Shown here piece after piece: positions 50,321 to 60,122 of a stretch of 64,000 bases of DNA. Location: contig CANKMT010000013.1 of the NCBI GenBank assembly GCA_947482825.1, forward strand, positions 1,714-65,713, given 5' to 3'. The stretch's first letter is position 1, and each line of letters starts with the position of its first letter. The position numbers were made by a program, and so were the translations under genes. The stretch is from Betaproteobacteria bacterium. Its GTDB lineage: Bacteria > Pseudomonadota > Gammaproteobacteria > Burkholderiales > SG8-39. The notes below the pieces were generated by a model that worked only from the letters and a program-made list of their open reading frames with translations, had not been told where the DNA came from and ran no database searches.

Positions 50321-51055
50321 CTATTTTTTTGCATGCATCGCCCGCATGGCGACATTAGCCTTTCTACCCTCTTCCAGCCCTTGCGCAAGCGGTAGATCGA
50401 CGACCTTGTGAAACAGTTGCTTGATTGCGAAAAGTGCTTCCGGGTTGTACGCAGCCAGGGACTGGGCCAGCGCAACCGCCTCGTCCATCAGGTTCGCGTC
50501 CGGCACCACCTTGTTGACCGCGCCCAGTTCGTAGGCGCGTGCGGCAGTGATGGGATCGCCCTTGGTCACCAGTTCGAAGGCGGCCTTGCGGCCGACCTGG
50601 CGCACGAGATTGGTGATCACGATGGCCGGCAGGATGCCGTGCTTGATCTCGGGGTAGCCGAGCTTCATGTTCTCCGAGGCCACCACCATGTCCGAAGCCA
50701 GCGCGAGGCCCGCCCCGCCCCCCATGGCCGCGCCGCGAACGGCGGCAATCACCGGTTTCCTGATCTGGGAAAAAACATGGTGGGACTGCATGGTGAGTTG
50801 CGCCCGGTGCTCTACACGGGCCGTCTGGTCCGGCGTCAGGTCCTTGAACTCGCCGATGTCCGCGCCGGCGCAGAACGCGCGGCCGGCGCCTGTGAGCACG
50901 ATGACCGAAACCGAATCATCGCGGTCCGATTGCCGGAGCCACGCAAGCAGCGCTTCGGTAAGCGCCGTGTTCAGCGCGTTGAGTTTCTCCGGGCGGTTCA
51001 TGGTGAGGATCCTCACCCGGCCACGGTCCTCGGTCAGCATGACTTCTTCGCTCAT
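50321..51055 (-). CDS. enoyl-CoA hydratase/isomerase family protein
   Basis: MNRPEKLNAL, AFCAGAD, MGGGAGL, GYPEIKHG. Confidence 0.92.
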   Translation of the reverse strand: MSEEVMLTEDRGRVRILTMNRPEKLNALNTALTEALLAWLRQSDRDDSVSVIVLTGAGRAFCAGADIGEFKDLTPDQTARVEHRAQLTMQSHHVFSQIRKPVIAAVRGAAMGGGAGLALASDMVVASENMKLGYPEIKHGILPAIVITNLVRQVGRKAAFELVTKGDPITAARAYELGAVNKVVPDANLMDEAVALAQSLAAYNPEALFAIKQLFHKVVDLPLAQGLEEGRKANVAMRAMHAKK

Positions 51056-51546
51056 TTTTCGTGCATCCCGTCCAATGACTGGTTGAGTTCCGCCTCCAGG
51101 ACGCGCGCTTGCTCGGCCAACCGCTCGAGCATGTCCATCAGCGCCGCGCTCTCCTCGGCAGTCAGTACCGACAGCCACGCCTCGCTGCGCGCCACCGCGT
51201 CGTCGAACACTTTGCGATACAGCGCCCGGCCGGGCCGCGTGAGCTCGAACAGCTTTCCGCGTGCGTCGCGGTCGTCCGGCGTGCTCGATACGAGCTTACG
51301 CTTGATGAGCCCCGCCGCGGTGCGGCTCGCATAGCTCTTCTCCAACCCGGCGCCGCGCGCCAACTCGTTCAGCGATTGCGGGCCATAGCCGCCAAGCAGC
51401 GCTATGGCGCGCCATTCCAGTAGCTTGAGGCCGAAACGCTGCTGGTAGCGCGCCTCGGCCCAGCGCGCCGAAAGGTTCGCGAGCACATGCAGCCGGTACG
51501 AGACCAGGTCGCGGATCCCCTCCGGCGGAGAGAGCAATTGATTCAT
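51052..51546 (-). CDS. MarR family regulator
   Basis: LKLLEWRAI, ASRTAAGL, DDRDARGKLFELT. Confidence 0.88.
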   Translation of the reverse strand: MNQLLSPPEGIRDLVSYRLHVLANLSARWAEARYQQRFGLKLLEWRAIALLGGYGPQSLNELARGAGLEKSYASRTAAGLIKRKLVSSTPDDRDARGKLFELTRPGRALYRKVFDDAVARSEAWLSVLTAEESAALMDMLERLAEQARVLEAELNQSLDGMHEK

Positions 51547-51576
51547 GAGAATAGCTCTGCGCTTGGTCTTGCAGAT

Positions 51577-51601
51577 AGATAGTTGTCAAAGTAAACTATC
51601 T
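51577..51601. promoter_or_regulatory. candidate MarR operator, AGATAGTT-N9-AACTATCT
   Basis: Perfect 8-bp inverted repeat in the 57-nt divergent gap between marR and the lyase gene. Confidence 0.6.
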
Positions 51602-51603
51602 GC

Positions 51604-52554
51604 ATGCGATCGTCAACGAATCAAGCTGAAGTCACCCTGTGCGAATGTTTCGCGCGCGACGGGCTCCAGCACGAGCCGGGGTTCTTGGCGACGGCGACCA
51701 AACGAGCCCTGATCGAACGGTTTGCCGCGCTCGGGTTCTGCCGCATCGAAGCCACCTCGTACTCGAATCCAAAGGTCGTGCCGCAGTTCGCCGATGCGAG
51801 CGACCTGCTGCGCAGCCTGCCGCGTGCCGAAGGCGTTTTCTACAAGGCCACGTGCGCCAACGTGCGGGCCGTGGAGCGGGCTGGGGCGGACCTCGAAGCA
51901 GGCTTCGGCGCCAACGAGATTTCGCTGCTCGTTTCGGCCACCGAGGCGCATACGCAGAAGAACCTGCGACGCAACCGCGCCGTGCAGTGGCAAAACGTGG
52001 CCGAAATGGTGGCCGCATCACGCGGCCGGTTCCGGCTGATCGGCACGGTGTCGGTCGCTTTCGGCTGCCCGTTCGAAGGCGCGGTCGATGCGGGTTCGGT
52101 CGTCGCGGATGTCACGCGCTTCGTGGAACACGGCGTCGGGCATGTCGCGCTCGGCGACACCACCGGCATGGCGACTCCGAAGTCCGTCCGCGAAATGTTC
52201 GGGCATATCGCGCGAGACGTGCCGGGCGCCACACCGATCGCGCACTTCCACGACACGCGCGGCACCGGACTCACCAACTACATGGCCGCGTTCGAAGCCG
52301 GCGTTCTGTTCTTCGATTGCTCGTTCGGCGGCGTCGGCGGGCATCCGGCAAAAGTAAAATACGGCGGCGGCTTCACCGGGAACGTCTGTACCGAAGATCT
52401 CGTGAGCCTGTTCGAATCGCAGGGTGTGGGCACCGGGATCGACCTCGACGGATTGCTGGAGGTGGCCGAATTCTGCGAGCAGGCGCTTGGCCGTGAGCTG
52501 CACGGCCGCGTGACCCGGAGCGGGCTGCACCCGCTCCTTCGGAAACCAAAATGA
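51604..52554 (+). CDS. HMG-CoA lyase-like (DRE-TIM) enzyme
   Basis: ARDGLQHE, AFGCPFEG, LGDTTG, HFHDTRG, GNVCTEDLV. Confidence 0.88.
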   Translation: MRSSTNQAEVTLCECFARDGLQHEPGFLATATKRALIERFAALGFCRIEATSYSNPKVVPQFADASDLLRSLPRAEGVFYKATCANVRAVERAGADLEAGFGANEISLLVSATEAHTQKNLRRNRAVQWQNVAEMVAASRGRFRLIGTVSVAFGCPFEGAVDAGSVVADVTRFVEHGVGHVALGDTTGMATPKSVREMFGHIARDVPGATPIAHFHDTRGTGLTNYMAAFEAGVLFFDCSFGGVGGHPAKVKYGGGFTGNVCTEDLVSLFESQGVGTGIDLDGLLEVAEFCEQALGRELHGRVTRSGLHPLLRKPK

Positions 52555-53639
52555 AACCACCCTTTCGCGCCGACCAGGTCGGCAGCCTCCTGCGCCCAGC
52601 CGAACTCGCCGAGGCGCGCGCCAAATTCAAGCGCAAGGAAATCGATGCCGCCGCCCTGCGCGAAGCCGAAGACCGCGCGATCCGCGCGGCCGTCGCCAAG
52701 CAGGAATCGATCGGCCTGCAGGCCGTGACTGACGGCGAGTTCCGTCGCGACTGGTGGCATGTGGATTTCCTCGCCGGGTTCGACGGCGTCGAAGGCTACG
52801 TCGCCCCGCTCGTGGTCGGCTTCAAGGACACCGAAGAGCAGCCGCCGATGATCCGCGTCACCGGCAAGGTGCGCCGCACGAAGCCGGTCTTCGTCGACTC
52901 GTTCAAGTTCATGAAATCCGCGGTGCGCAATACGGCAAAGCAGACGATCCCCGCACCCGCGATGCTTCACCTGCGCCCCGGGCGTTCCGGCATCAGCAAG
53001 GAGGCCTACCCCGACCTCGGCCAGTTCTGGCAGGACGTCGGCGAGGCTTACCGGGCGGAGATCAAGGATTTGGGCGCCGCGGGCTGCACCTATTTGCAGT
53101 TGGACGACACGAGCTTCGCGTACCTGTGCGATGAGAAGTTCGCCGGGGCCCTCGCCCAGCGCGGCGATGACCCCAAGAAGCTCGCCTGGACCTATGCCGA
53201 GGCGATCAACGCGGCGGTCAAGGACCGTCCCGCCGGCATGGCGATCACGATGCACACCTGCCGCGGCAATTTCAAGAGCACCTGGGTGGCTTCGGGCGGC
53301 TACGAGCCGGTGGTCGAGGCGCTCTTCTCGGCTGACCTCGACGGGTTCTTCATGGAGTTCGACTCCGAGCGCGCCGGCACCTTCGAGCCGCTGCGTTACG
53401 TGCCCAAGGGCAAGAAGGTGGTGCTCGGCCTGGTGACCACCAAGTTCGGCCAGCTCGAGGACAAGGACACGATCAAGCGAAGGATCGACGCGGCGGCGAA
53501 GTACGTGCCGCTCGAGAACCTGGCCCTGTCACCGCAGTGCGGATTCTCTAGCACCTACCACGGCAACGACCTCTCGCAGGACGACCAGTGGAGGAAACTG
53601 CAGCGGATCGTCGAGGTGGCGAAGGAAGTCTGGGGCTGA
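52551..53639 (+). CDS. cobalamin-independent methionine synthase II (single-domain MetE-like, YxjH/MesD type)
   Basis: RADQVGSLLRP, TDGEFRR, MHTCRGN, FMEFD, LSPQCGFSS zinc ligands. Confidence 0.9.
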   Translation: MKPPFRADQVGSLLRPAELAEARAKFKRKEIDAAALREAEDRAIRAAVAKQESIGLQAVTDGEFRRDWWHVDFLAGFDGVEGYVAPLVVGFKDTEEQPPMIRVTGKVRRTKPVFVDSFKFMKSAVRNTAKQTIPAPAMLHLRPGRSGISKEAYPDLGQFWQDVGEAYRAEIKDLGAAGCTYLQLDDTSFAYLCDEKFAGALAQRGDDPKKLAWTYAEAINAAVKDRPAGMAITMHTCRGNFKSTWVASGGYEPVVEALFSADLDGFFMEFDSERAGTFEPLRYVPKGKKVVLGLVTTKFGQLEDKDTIKRRIDAAAKYVPLENLALSPQCGFSSTYHGNDLSQDDQWRKLQRIVEVAKEVWG

Positions 53640-53648
53640 ACCGCTTAA

Positions 53649-53708
53649 CGGGGACAGACCACGATTTCCTGAAAGCAACTCGCTCAAAGAAAACGTGGTC
53701 TGTCCCCG
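53649..53708. repeat. REP-like inverted repeat
   Basis: CGGGGACAGACCACG (53649-53663) / CGTGGTCTGTCCCCG (53694-53708): 15 bp perfect, extending inward 4/5, between convergent genes. Confidence 0.85.
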
Positions 53709-53717
53709 GTTTCGATT

Positions 53718-54557
53718 CTATTTCCCCATCGCAGGCCGGAGCACGAAATCGTAGTGCGCGGTGTATTCGCCTGATGGCGACTTCTTGAAGTCCACAATGA
53801 GTGAATCCTTGACCCCGAACACCGCATCCGAATCGAGGTACTTGTCGCCCTTGACGAAGAGGTGCGTGACCAGCGTGTCGTAACCCTGCGCGGTGAGGAT
53901 CGTGTGCAGGTGGCCGGGGCGCATCGGGTGGCGCTCGGTCGCAGTCAGCATGTTTCCCACCGGCCCGTCATGCGGCACCGGGTAGCTCGGAGGCAGCACG
54001 CACTTGAAGTGAAACTTTCCTTCGGCATCGGAGCGAAAGCGGGCGCGCAGGTTGGTGCCTTCCTTCTTCTGCACGTCGTAGAAGCCGTCGCCCCCGGCCT
54101 CCCAGACGTCGATCAGCGCGCCTGTGACCGGCTTTCCGTCCGTGCCCTTGATGGTGCCCGTGACCGCGCAAGGCTCGCCTGGGGTGCCGGGCTTCGCGAT
54201 GTTCGCGCCGAGCGGCAAGTCGGGCGCCCCCTCGACAAAAAAGGGCCCGAGCACCGTCGATTCAGTAGTGCCTTCGGCCTTCCCGTAGTTGACGAAATCC
54301 ACCAGCATCGAAACGCCCAGCGTATCCGACATCAGGATGAATTCCTGGCGGCCGTCCTCGCACCAGTGCCCGGTCTCGGTCAGGAAATCGATGCCCGCCT
54401 TCCACTCTTCCGGCGTCGGCTTCACTTCGCGCACGAACCCATGCAGGTGCTTCACCAGGCTGCCCATCACTTCCTTGAGGCGCGGGTTCGGCGTTTTCTC
54501 CATGCGCCGCAACACTTCAGCGGTTAGGGAGTCTTCGTTGAAATTTCGAATGCTCAT
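53718..54557 (-). CDS. intradiol ring-cleavage dioxygenase (hydroxyquinol/catechol 1,2-dioxygenase family)
   Basis: RQEFILMSDTLGVS, TVLGPFF, DGFYDVQ, PSYPVP, RPGHLH iron ligands. Confidence 0.92.
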   Translation of the reverse strand: MSIRNFNEDSLTAEVLRRMEKTPNPRLKEVMGSLVKHLHGFVREVKPTPEEWKAGIDFLTETGHWCEDGRQEFILMSDTLGVSMLVDFVNYGKAEGTTESTVLGPFFVEGAPDLPLGANIAKPGTPGEPCAVTGTIKGTDGKPVTGALIDVWEAGGDGFYDVQKKEGTNLRARFRSDAEGKFHFKCVLPPSYPVPHDGPVGNMLTATERHPMRPGHLHTILTAQGYDTLVTHLFVKGDKYLDSDAVFGVKDSLIVDFKKSPSGEYTAHYDFVLRPAMGK

Positions 54558-54570
54558 CGCATGTCTCCAG

Positions 54571-55029
54571 TCAGGCGGGGAGGTCAGAGGCCATTAATTC
54601 GACTCTGACACCATTTACTTCCGAGTTGGCGAAATTGAGTTCGACCTTGACTTCGTTGGGGTCGAAGAGAAAGAGCTGGAACAGCCCCTGGTCGTTCACC
54701 ATGCGTTTCGTGAACGGCACGCCCAAGCGCGTGAGGTGCTCCATCATCTCGGGCAGGCCAGTCGCGCGAAACGCGACGTGGTCGACGACCCCGGAGCCGG
54801 TGGTCGCCTCGGATTGCTGGCCGAGGTACTTCTTGCGGTTCTCGCTGGTGTTCGCGCCGCCTTCGGTCAGGTGCAGCACATCCTTCTCGCCGATATACAG
54901 CCAGCAAACCGGGAACTTGAAATCCGGCGAAGGACCGACCCGCATCCCGAGAACGTTCACGTACCAGTCACGGGTCTTCGCGAGGTCCTCGGTCTGGATC
55001 AGGAAATGCTCGAGATGGCTTAGCGGCAT
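54571..55029 (-). CDS. VOC/glyoxalase family protein
   Basis: LEHFLI, VLHL, VDHVAF, FDPNEVKVELN. Confidence 0.85.
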   Translation of the reverse strand: MPLSHLEHFLIQTEDLAKTRDWYVNVLGMRVGPSPDFKFPVCWLYIGEKDVLHLTEGGANTSENRKKYLGQQSEATTGSGVVDHVAFRATGLPEMMEHLTRLGVPFTKRMVNDQGLFQLFLFDPNEVKVELNFANSEVNGVRVELMASDLPA

Positions 55030-55045
55030 GTCATCGGCCTTGGTC

Positions 55046-56392
55046 TCAATGCAGACCGAGTTCGGCGAGGATTCGCCGTCCCGAAGCGAGCAACTCGTGC
55101 TTGCGTTGCTCGATCTTCGGGTAAACCAGCCGTCCGCGACGCTTGCGAACCTGCCCCGCAATCAGCACGGTGTCGACGTTTCCGGTGCCTGCCTGCATGA
55201 CCACGCTGGCCACCGGATCGTGGACCGGCCACATATTGAGGTCGTTGGCGCGGATCATCACGATGTCGGCTTGCTTGCCCGGCGTGAGCGAACCGAGGCG
55301 GTCCTCCATCTTGAGCATGCGCGCCCCTTCAGTCGTGATCCAGCCGAGGGCTTCAAGGCAGCGCACGGTCGAAGTGTCGGGGAGCTTCCCGGTCGTTGCG
55401 CGCGATTCGGCGTTGTCAAAGGCGCGCTGACTTGCAAGGGCCACGCGGGCCACGGTGAACAAATCGCCGCTGATGCCGGACTCGAGATCCACGCCGAGCG
55501 AAGGCTGTGCGCCGAGCTTGCGCAACCGGCCGGTAATCGCAAACCCGTGGCCCTGCAGCATCTCGGTCTCGGGCGTGAGCGAGAACGTCACGCCGCGCTC
55601 GAGCATCAGCGCGAGCTGCGCGTCGGTAAGCGTCTGGCCATGCACGATGTTGTTGTTGTCGCCGAGGAGCCCTTCGGCCGCGAGACGGTCCCAGCCGTCA
55701 GGGGTGCGCGCCTCGCCGCCGGCGCAATGCATGCTCGCGATGAGGCCGAACTCACGGGCCAGGCGAAAATCGTGCTGCGCGACTTCATAGGTCGAGTAAT
55801 GCGGGCCGAGAATCGCGAGGCCGAGCGTGACCAGGCCGTCGTTCGCCGGGAGCGTCTTCATGAGGCGCTCGACTTCGTTCCTCGGGTGCGGCATCTCCCA
55901 GAACGGCTTCTGCCCCGGCTTGGGGTCCGGTTTCGGCGAGCCGTGAAAAAACGCGGCGCGGATTCCGGATTCGACCAGGCCCTTGACCGCGCCATCGGTA
56001 TGTTCCCGCGTGGGATTGTTGTGGCACCAGTCGACCAGCGTAGTGGTGCCGCAATTGATCTGATTGAGCGCCCCCACGAGGGTGGCGATGTAGATGTCTT
56101 CCGGACTGAATTTTGTCGCCAGCCCTGCATGCACGTGGTGGAAATATTCGAGGATCGTCCAGTTGCCGGCCACGCCCCGCAAGGCCGTCTGCCAAGTGTG
56201 TTGGTGGGCATTGACGAGACCCGGGATCACGATGAAGCCTGCCGCATCGAGGATCTCCGCCCCCGGGGCATCGAGGCTCGGCCCGACCGCCCTGATGAGC
56301 GCGCCGTCGATCAGCACGTCGCCCTGGGGCAGGTCGCCCACGGCGAGGTCCATGCTGACCACGGTGCCGCCGCGGATGAGCGTCTGGCCCAC
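55046..56392 (-). CDS. amidohydrolase family protein (deaminase-like clade)
   Basis: PGLVNAHQHTWQ, CGTTT, MHCAG, VHG, LGVD, GKQAD. Confidence 0.88.
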   Translation of the reverse strand: MGQTLIRGGTVVSMDLAVGDLPQGDVLIDGALIRAVGPSLDAPGAEILDAAGFIVIPGLVNAHQHTWQTALRGVAGNWTILEYFHHVHAGLATKFSPEDIYIATLVGALNQINCGTTTLVDWCHNNPTREHTDGAVKGLVESGIRAAFFHGSPKPDPKPGQKPFWEMPHPRNEVERLMKTLPANDGLVTLGLAILGPHYSTYEVAQHDFRLAREFGLIASMHCAGGEARTPDGWDRLAAEGLLGDNNNIVHGQTLTDAQLALMLERGVTFSLTPETEMLQGHGFAITGRLRKLGAQPSLGVDLESGISGDLFTVARVALASQRAFDNAESRATTGKLPDTSTVRCLEALGWITTEGARMLKMEDRLGSLTPGKQADIVMIRANDLNMWPVHDPVASVVMQAGTGNVDTVLIAGQVRKRRGRLVYPKIEQRKHELLASGRRILAELGLH

Positions 56393-56397
56393 GTCGC

Positions 56398-57345
56398 CTA
56401 CCTTGGCGCCAGTCCGTCGCTGACCTTGATCTTCTCGGGCTTGAGCTTCATGCCGGCGGCTTTCGCAAGCTCCAGGAGCAGCACCGAGAAGTCGACGTCC
56501 TCATAGCCGCGCCCGACTGTGTTCTGCACGCATTCGCGCGTGGTTGCTGCGGTTGGCATCTGAACGCCGTACTTGCGCGCAGCGCCCAGGCCCAGGTCCA
56601 TGTCCTTGAGCAGCAGTTTCGGCGTGAAGGTCACCGAGAAATCGAGGTTCACCAGCGCCGGCGTCTTGTAGCGCGTGTACATCGAGCCGAGCACGCTGTT
56701 GTTGATCGAGTCGAGGAACACATGGCGCGGGATGCCCGCCTTTTCGGCAAGGATCGTGATCTCGCAAAGCGACTGGATGATCACGCCGAACATCGTGTTG
56801 TGCGCGATCTTCCAAACGCGGGCGAGTTCGCCTTCGCCGACATAGGTGACGCCGCGTCCGAACACCTTGAGGTAAGGCTCCGAGAGCGTGAAGAGTTTCT
56901 TCGGGCCGGAAGCCACCACCCACAACAATCCTGCCTTGGCCACCTTGCCATTGCCGGACACCGGCGCGCAGAGGTAGCCGACCCCGAGTTCGTCGCAACG
57001 CGCGCGGACTTCGGCCGAGCCGTCGTCCGAGATCGACGAGCAGTCGATCACGACCTTCGGGTGCTTCTTTCCCGTGAGCAGGCCGCCCTTTTCGAACAAT
57101 ACCTGCTTGAGGTCCGTGGTCGTCGAGACCATGGTGAAGACGATGTCGCAGCCCGAGAGGTCCGTGATCCTGGCGGCAATCTTCGCGCCGTGCGCGGCGA
57201 GCGGCTCGGCCTTGCTGCGCGTGCGGTTCCAGACCGTGACATCGCATTTCGCTTCCAGCAGCCGGGACGCCATGGCATAGCCCATGCGCCCCATGCCGAT
57301 CCAGCCGATCCTGTGCGCGGATTTCGCCGCCGGTTTGCGTGCCAC
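56398..57345 (-). CDS. NAD(P)-dependent beta-hydroxyacid dehydrogenase family protein
   Basis: IGWIGMGRMG, WNRTRSK, APVSGN, KIAHN, KDMDLG. Confidence 0.88.
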   Translation of the reverse strand: MARKPAAKSAHRIGWIGMGRMGYAMASRLLEAKCDVTVWNRTRSKAEPLAAHGAKIAARITDLSGCDIVFTMVSTTTDLKQVLFEKGGLLTGKKHPKVVIDCSSISDDGSAEVRARCDELGVGYLCAPVSGNGKVAKAGLLWVVASGPKKLFTLSEPYLKVFGRGVTYVGEGELARVWKIAHNTMFGVIIQSLCEITILAEKAGIPRHVFLDSINNSVLGSMYTRYKTPALVNLDFSVTFTPKLLLKDMDLGLGAARKYGVQMPTAATTRECVQNTVGRGYEDVDFSVLLLELAKAAGMKLKPEKIKVSDGLAPR

Positions 57346-57420
57346 GAGGTGCTTCTCCTGCGCTTCTGTTCAGGAGGGAATGCTACCATCCCGCCGCTAT
57401 GTTTCCGCCCGGGAATCCTC

Positions 57421-58380
57421 ATGAACCTGCTGCGAATTTTCGTCCTGCTGTTCCTTGCATGCACCGCCTTCGCGGCCGCCGCGCAAGACAAGACGCTGCG
57501 TATCGTGCTCGGATATCCGCCCGGTGCTTCGAGCGACACGTTGACCCGCCTGCTCGCCGATCGCATGCGGCCGCTGATCGGGCAGAACGTGATTGTGGAG
57601 AACAAAGCGGGCGCCGGCGGCATCGTCGGCAATGAAACCGTCAAGGCTGCGTCGCCCGACGGCACGACGATCCTGCTCACGCCGGTGGCAACCATGGCGG
57701 CTTTTCCGCACTCGCACGGCGCGAGCCTGCGCTACGACCCGTTCAAGGATTTCGAAGCGGTCGCCCATCTCGCAAATTTCCAGCTTTCGCTACTGCTGAA
57801 CTCGGAAGTCCCGGCCAGGAACGTCGCTGAATACATCGCACTTGTGAAGAAAGACCCGAAGATGGGCGACTACGCCTCAGCGGCCGCCGGCAGCCTGCCG
57901 CATTACTTCGGCGTGTTGTTTGCGAAAAGCGCCGCAATCGAGATGACGCACATCCCTTACAAGGGGACCGGCCCGGCGCTGCAGGCGCTTGCCGGCGGCG
58001 AGATCAAGGCCGCCATGTTCGTGCTGGCTGACGCGCTAACACTGGTGCGTTCGGGCAAGGCGCGCGTGGTGGCGGTTTCTGGCGGCCAGCGCTCCGGCCT
58101 CTCGCCCGAGGTGCCGACCTTCAAGGAGCTCGGCTACAACATCGAGGGCAACGGCTGGTACGCGCTGTTTGCGCCGGCGAAGACGCCCAAGGACATCGTC
58201 GACCGCTACGCCAAGGCGGCGATCGAAGTCATCCGCGCGCCGGACATGAAGCAAAGGCTCGAACAGATGGGTCTGGAGCCCACCGGCCTCGGTCCGGCGG
58301 AACTTGCCGGTATCCTCAAGGCCGACTACGACAAATGGGGCCCCGTCATCCGCGCATCGGGGTTCAAGCCGAACCAATGA
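57421..58380 (+). CDS. Bug/TctC substrate-binding protein
   Basis: GYPPGASSD, ENKAGAGG, HIPYKG, VPTFKE. Confidence 0.92.
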   Translation: MNLLRIFVLLFLACTAFAAAAQDKTLRIVLGYPPGASSDTLTRLLADRMRPLIGQNVIVENKAGAGGIVGNETVKAASPDGTTILLTPVATMAAFPHSHGASLRYDPFKDFEAVAHLANFQLSLLLNSEVPARNVAEYIALVKKDPKMGDYASAAAGSLPHYFGVLFAKSAAIEMTHIPYKGTGPALQALAGGEIKAAMFVLADALTLVRSGKARVVAVSGGQRSGLSPEVPTFKELGYNIEGNGWYALFAPAKTPKDIVDRYAKAAIEVIRAPDMKQRLEQMGLEPTGLGPAELAGILKADYDKWGPVIRASGFKPNQ

Positions 58381-59303
58381 ACATCCTCTATCTTTCCGAC
58401 ATCGAGCACCCGGACCGCTGGATCCCGGCCCTCTCGAAGCAGTTGCCGCACGACCGGTTCTTCACCGTGGACGCCTTCGATCCGGCATCGATCGACATCG
58501 TTCTCCTCGCCCGCCCGCCGGCCGGCATCGTGGGCCGGCTCTCGAACGTGAAGCTCATCCAGTCCCTGTTCATGGGGGTGGACGGCTTGCTGGCCGACCC
58601 GACTTTTCCGCGCCGCAAGCCGCTCTCGCGCCTGATCGACCCGGGCATGGTTGCGGCGATGGTCGAGTCCGTGGTCGCGCATGTGCTCGACTATCACCGC
58701 CACCACTATGCCTATCGCAACGACCAAGCGATCAGGAAATGGGATCGCTTGCCGCAGTACATGACCTGCGAGCGCACGGTCGGCCTCCTCGGACTGGGGG
58801 AACTGGGCACCGCGGCGGCTAAGTCGCTGCTTTCGTTCGGCTTCAAGGTCGCAGGCTGGAAACGGCGTCCCGGCGAGCTTGCGGGGATCGAGGTATTTTC
58901 CGGCCCGGCAGGCGTGGGCGGGATGCTCGCCCTCAGCAATGTGGTGGTCTGCCTCCTGCCGCTGACGGCCGAGACACGCGGAGTGCTGAACGCGGCGGCG
59001 TTCGCGAAGATGCCCAAGGGAAGCGCCATCATCAACGTGGCGCGCGGCGGCCATGTCGTCGTGCCGGATCTTCTCGCCGCGCTCGACTCGGGCCAACTGG
59101 CGCATGCTTATCTCGACGTGTTCGACAAGGAGCCGTTGCCTGCCGACTCACCCCTTTGGTCACATCCGGGCGTGACAGTCACTCCACATACCGCGGCCCT
59201 CACCGAGCCGCGCACCGCAATGGCGCGTGTGATCGAGAACATCGAGCGCGTCCGGGCCGGACGGCCGGCGTTGAGCCTGGTGGATTTCGGCGCCGGGTAC
59301 TGA
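58377..59303 (+). CDS. ghrA: glyoxylate/hydroxypyruvate reductase A-like 2-hydroxyacid dehydrogenase
   Basis: GVD, VGLLGLGELG, LPLTAET, INVARG, LDVF..EPLP, TPH. Confidence 0.85.
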   Translation: MNILYLSDIEHPDRWIPALSKQLPHDRFFTVDAFDPASIDIVLLARPPAGIVGRLSNVKLIQSLFMGVDGLLADPTFPRRKPLSRLIDPGMVAAMVESVVAHVLDYHRHHYAYRNDQAIRKWDRLPQYMTCERTVGLLGLGELGTAAAKSLLSFGFKVAGWKRRPGELAGIEVFSGPAGVGGMLALSNVVVCLLPLTAETRGVLNAAAFAKMPKGSAIINVARGGHVVVPDLLAALDSGQLAHAYLDVFDKEPLPADSPLWSHPGVTVTPHTAALTEPRTAMARVIENIERVRAGRPALSLVDFGAGY

Positions 59304-59322
59304 TTTACGGCGGACGAGCAGG

Positions 59323-60075
59323 CTACCTGGCGAGATATCCGGAGTCCACCGGCAAAGTCACGCCGGTGATGAACCGCGCCGCAGGACTCGAGAGGAAAAG
59401 GATTGCTGCCGCAATATCGCCGGCCTCGGGCAAATCGCCGAGCGGCGTATGCGCCCTGACCTTGGCCAGCACTTCGGGATTGGAAAAGATCGGCACCGTC
59501 AGGTCGGTCTTCACGAACGTCGGCGCCACGGCGTTGACACGGATCTTCTTGTCGGCCCATTCGAGGGCAAGGGCTCGTGTGAGGTTCACCACGCCGCCCT
59601 TGGACGCCTGGTACGAAGCATTCGGGAAGATGCCGCCGGAGAATCCCATGATCGAGGCAAGGTTCACGATGGAACCGCCGCCCTGCGCGATCATCATGCG
59701 TGCTGCCACGCGCGAGCAGAGGAACACCGCCGCGAGGTTGAGGTCGAGGATGCGGTGCCATTCCTCCATCGAAAGTTCGAGTGCGGGCTTCCTGACCGCC
59801 GCCCCGGCATTGTTGACCAACACGTCGATGCGCCCCATTCGCCCGGCGACTTCGGCAAACACCGATTCAACCGCCGCCTCGGATGTGACATCGCAGGCCC
59901 ACGCGGCGGCTTTGCCGCCGATGCGCCTGGCCTCGGCGGTTGCGGTCTCTGAGTCGACATCGAGCAGCGCCACGGAGGCGCCCGCCTCCGCAAGCAATTG
60001 CGCGGTTGCAAGGCCGATGCCGCGCGCAGCACCGGTGACGACGGCGACCTGGCCGGAAATCTCGAATAGTTTCAT
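59323..60075 (-). CDS. short-chain dehydrogenase/reductase
   Basis: TGAARGIG, VNNAG, YQASKGG, VNAVAP. Confidence 0.93.
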   Translation of the reverse strand: MKLFEISGQVAVVTGAARGIGLATAQLLAEAGASVALLDVDSETATAEARRIGGKAAAWACDVTSEAAVESVFAEVAGRMGRIDVLVNNAGAAVRKPALELSMEEWHRILDLNLAAVFLCSRVAARMMIAQGGGSIVNLASIMGFSGGIFPNASYQASKGGVVNLTRALALEWADKKIRVNAVAPTFVKTDLTVPIFSNPEVLAKVRAHTPLGDLPEAGDIAAAILFLSSPAARFITGVTLPVDSGYLAR

Positions 60076-60122
60076 ATCGGGAGGCAGACTATTGGATTGC
60101 GAGGCGCTATCCTATCAGCCAC

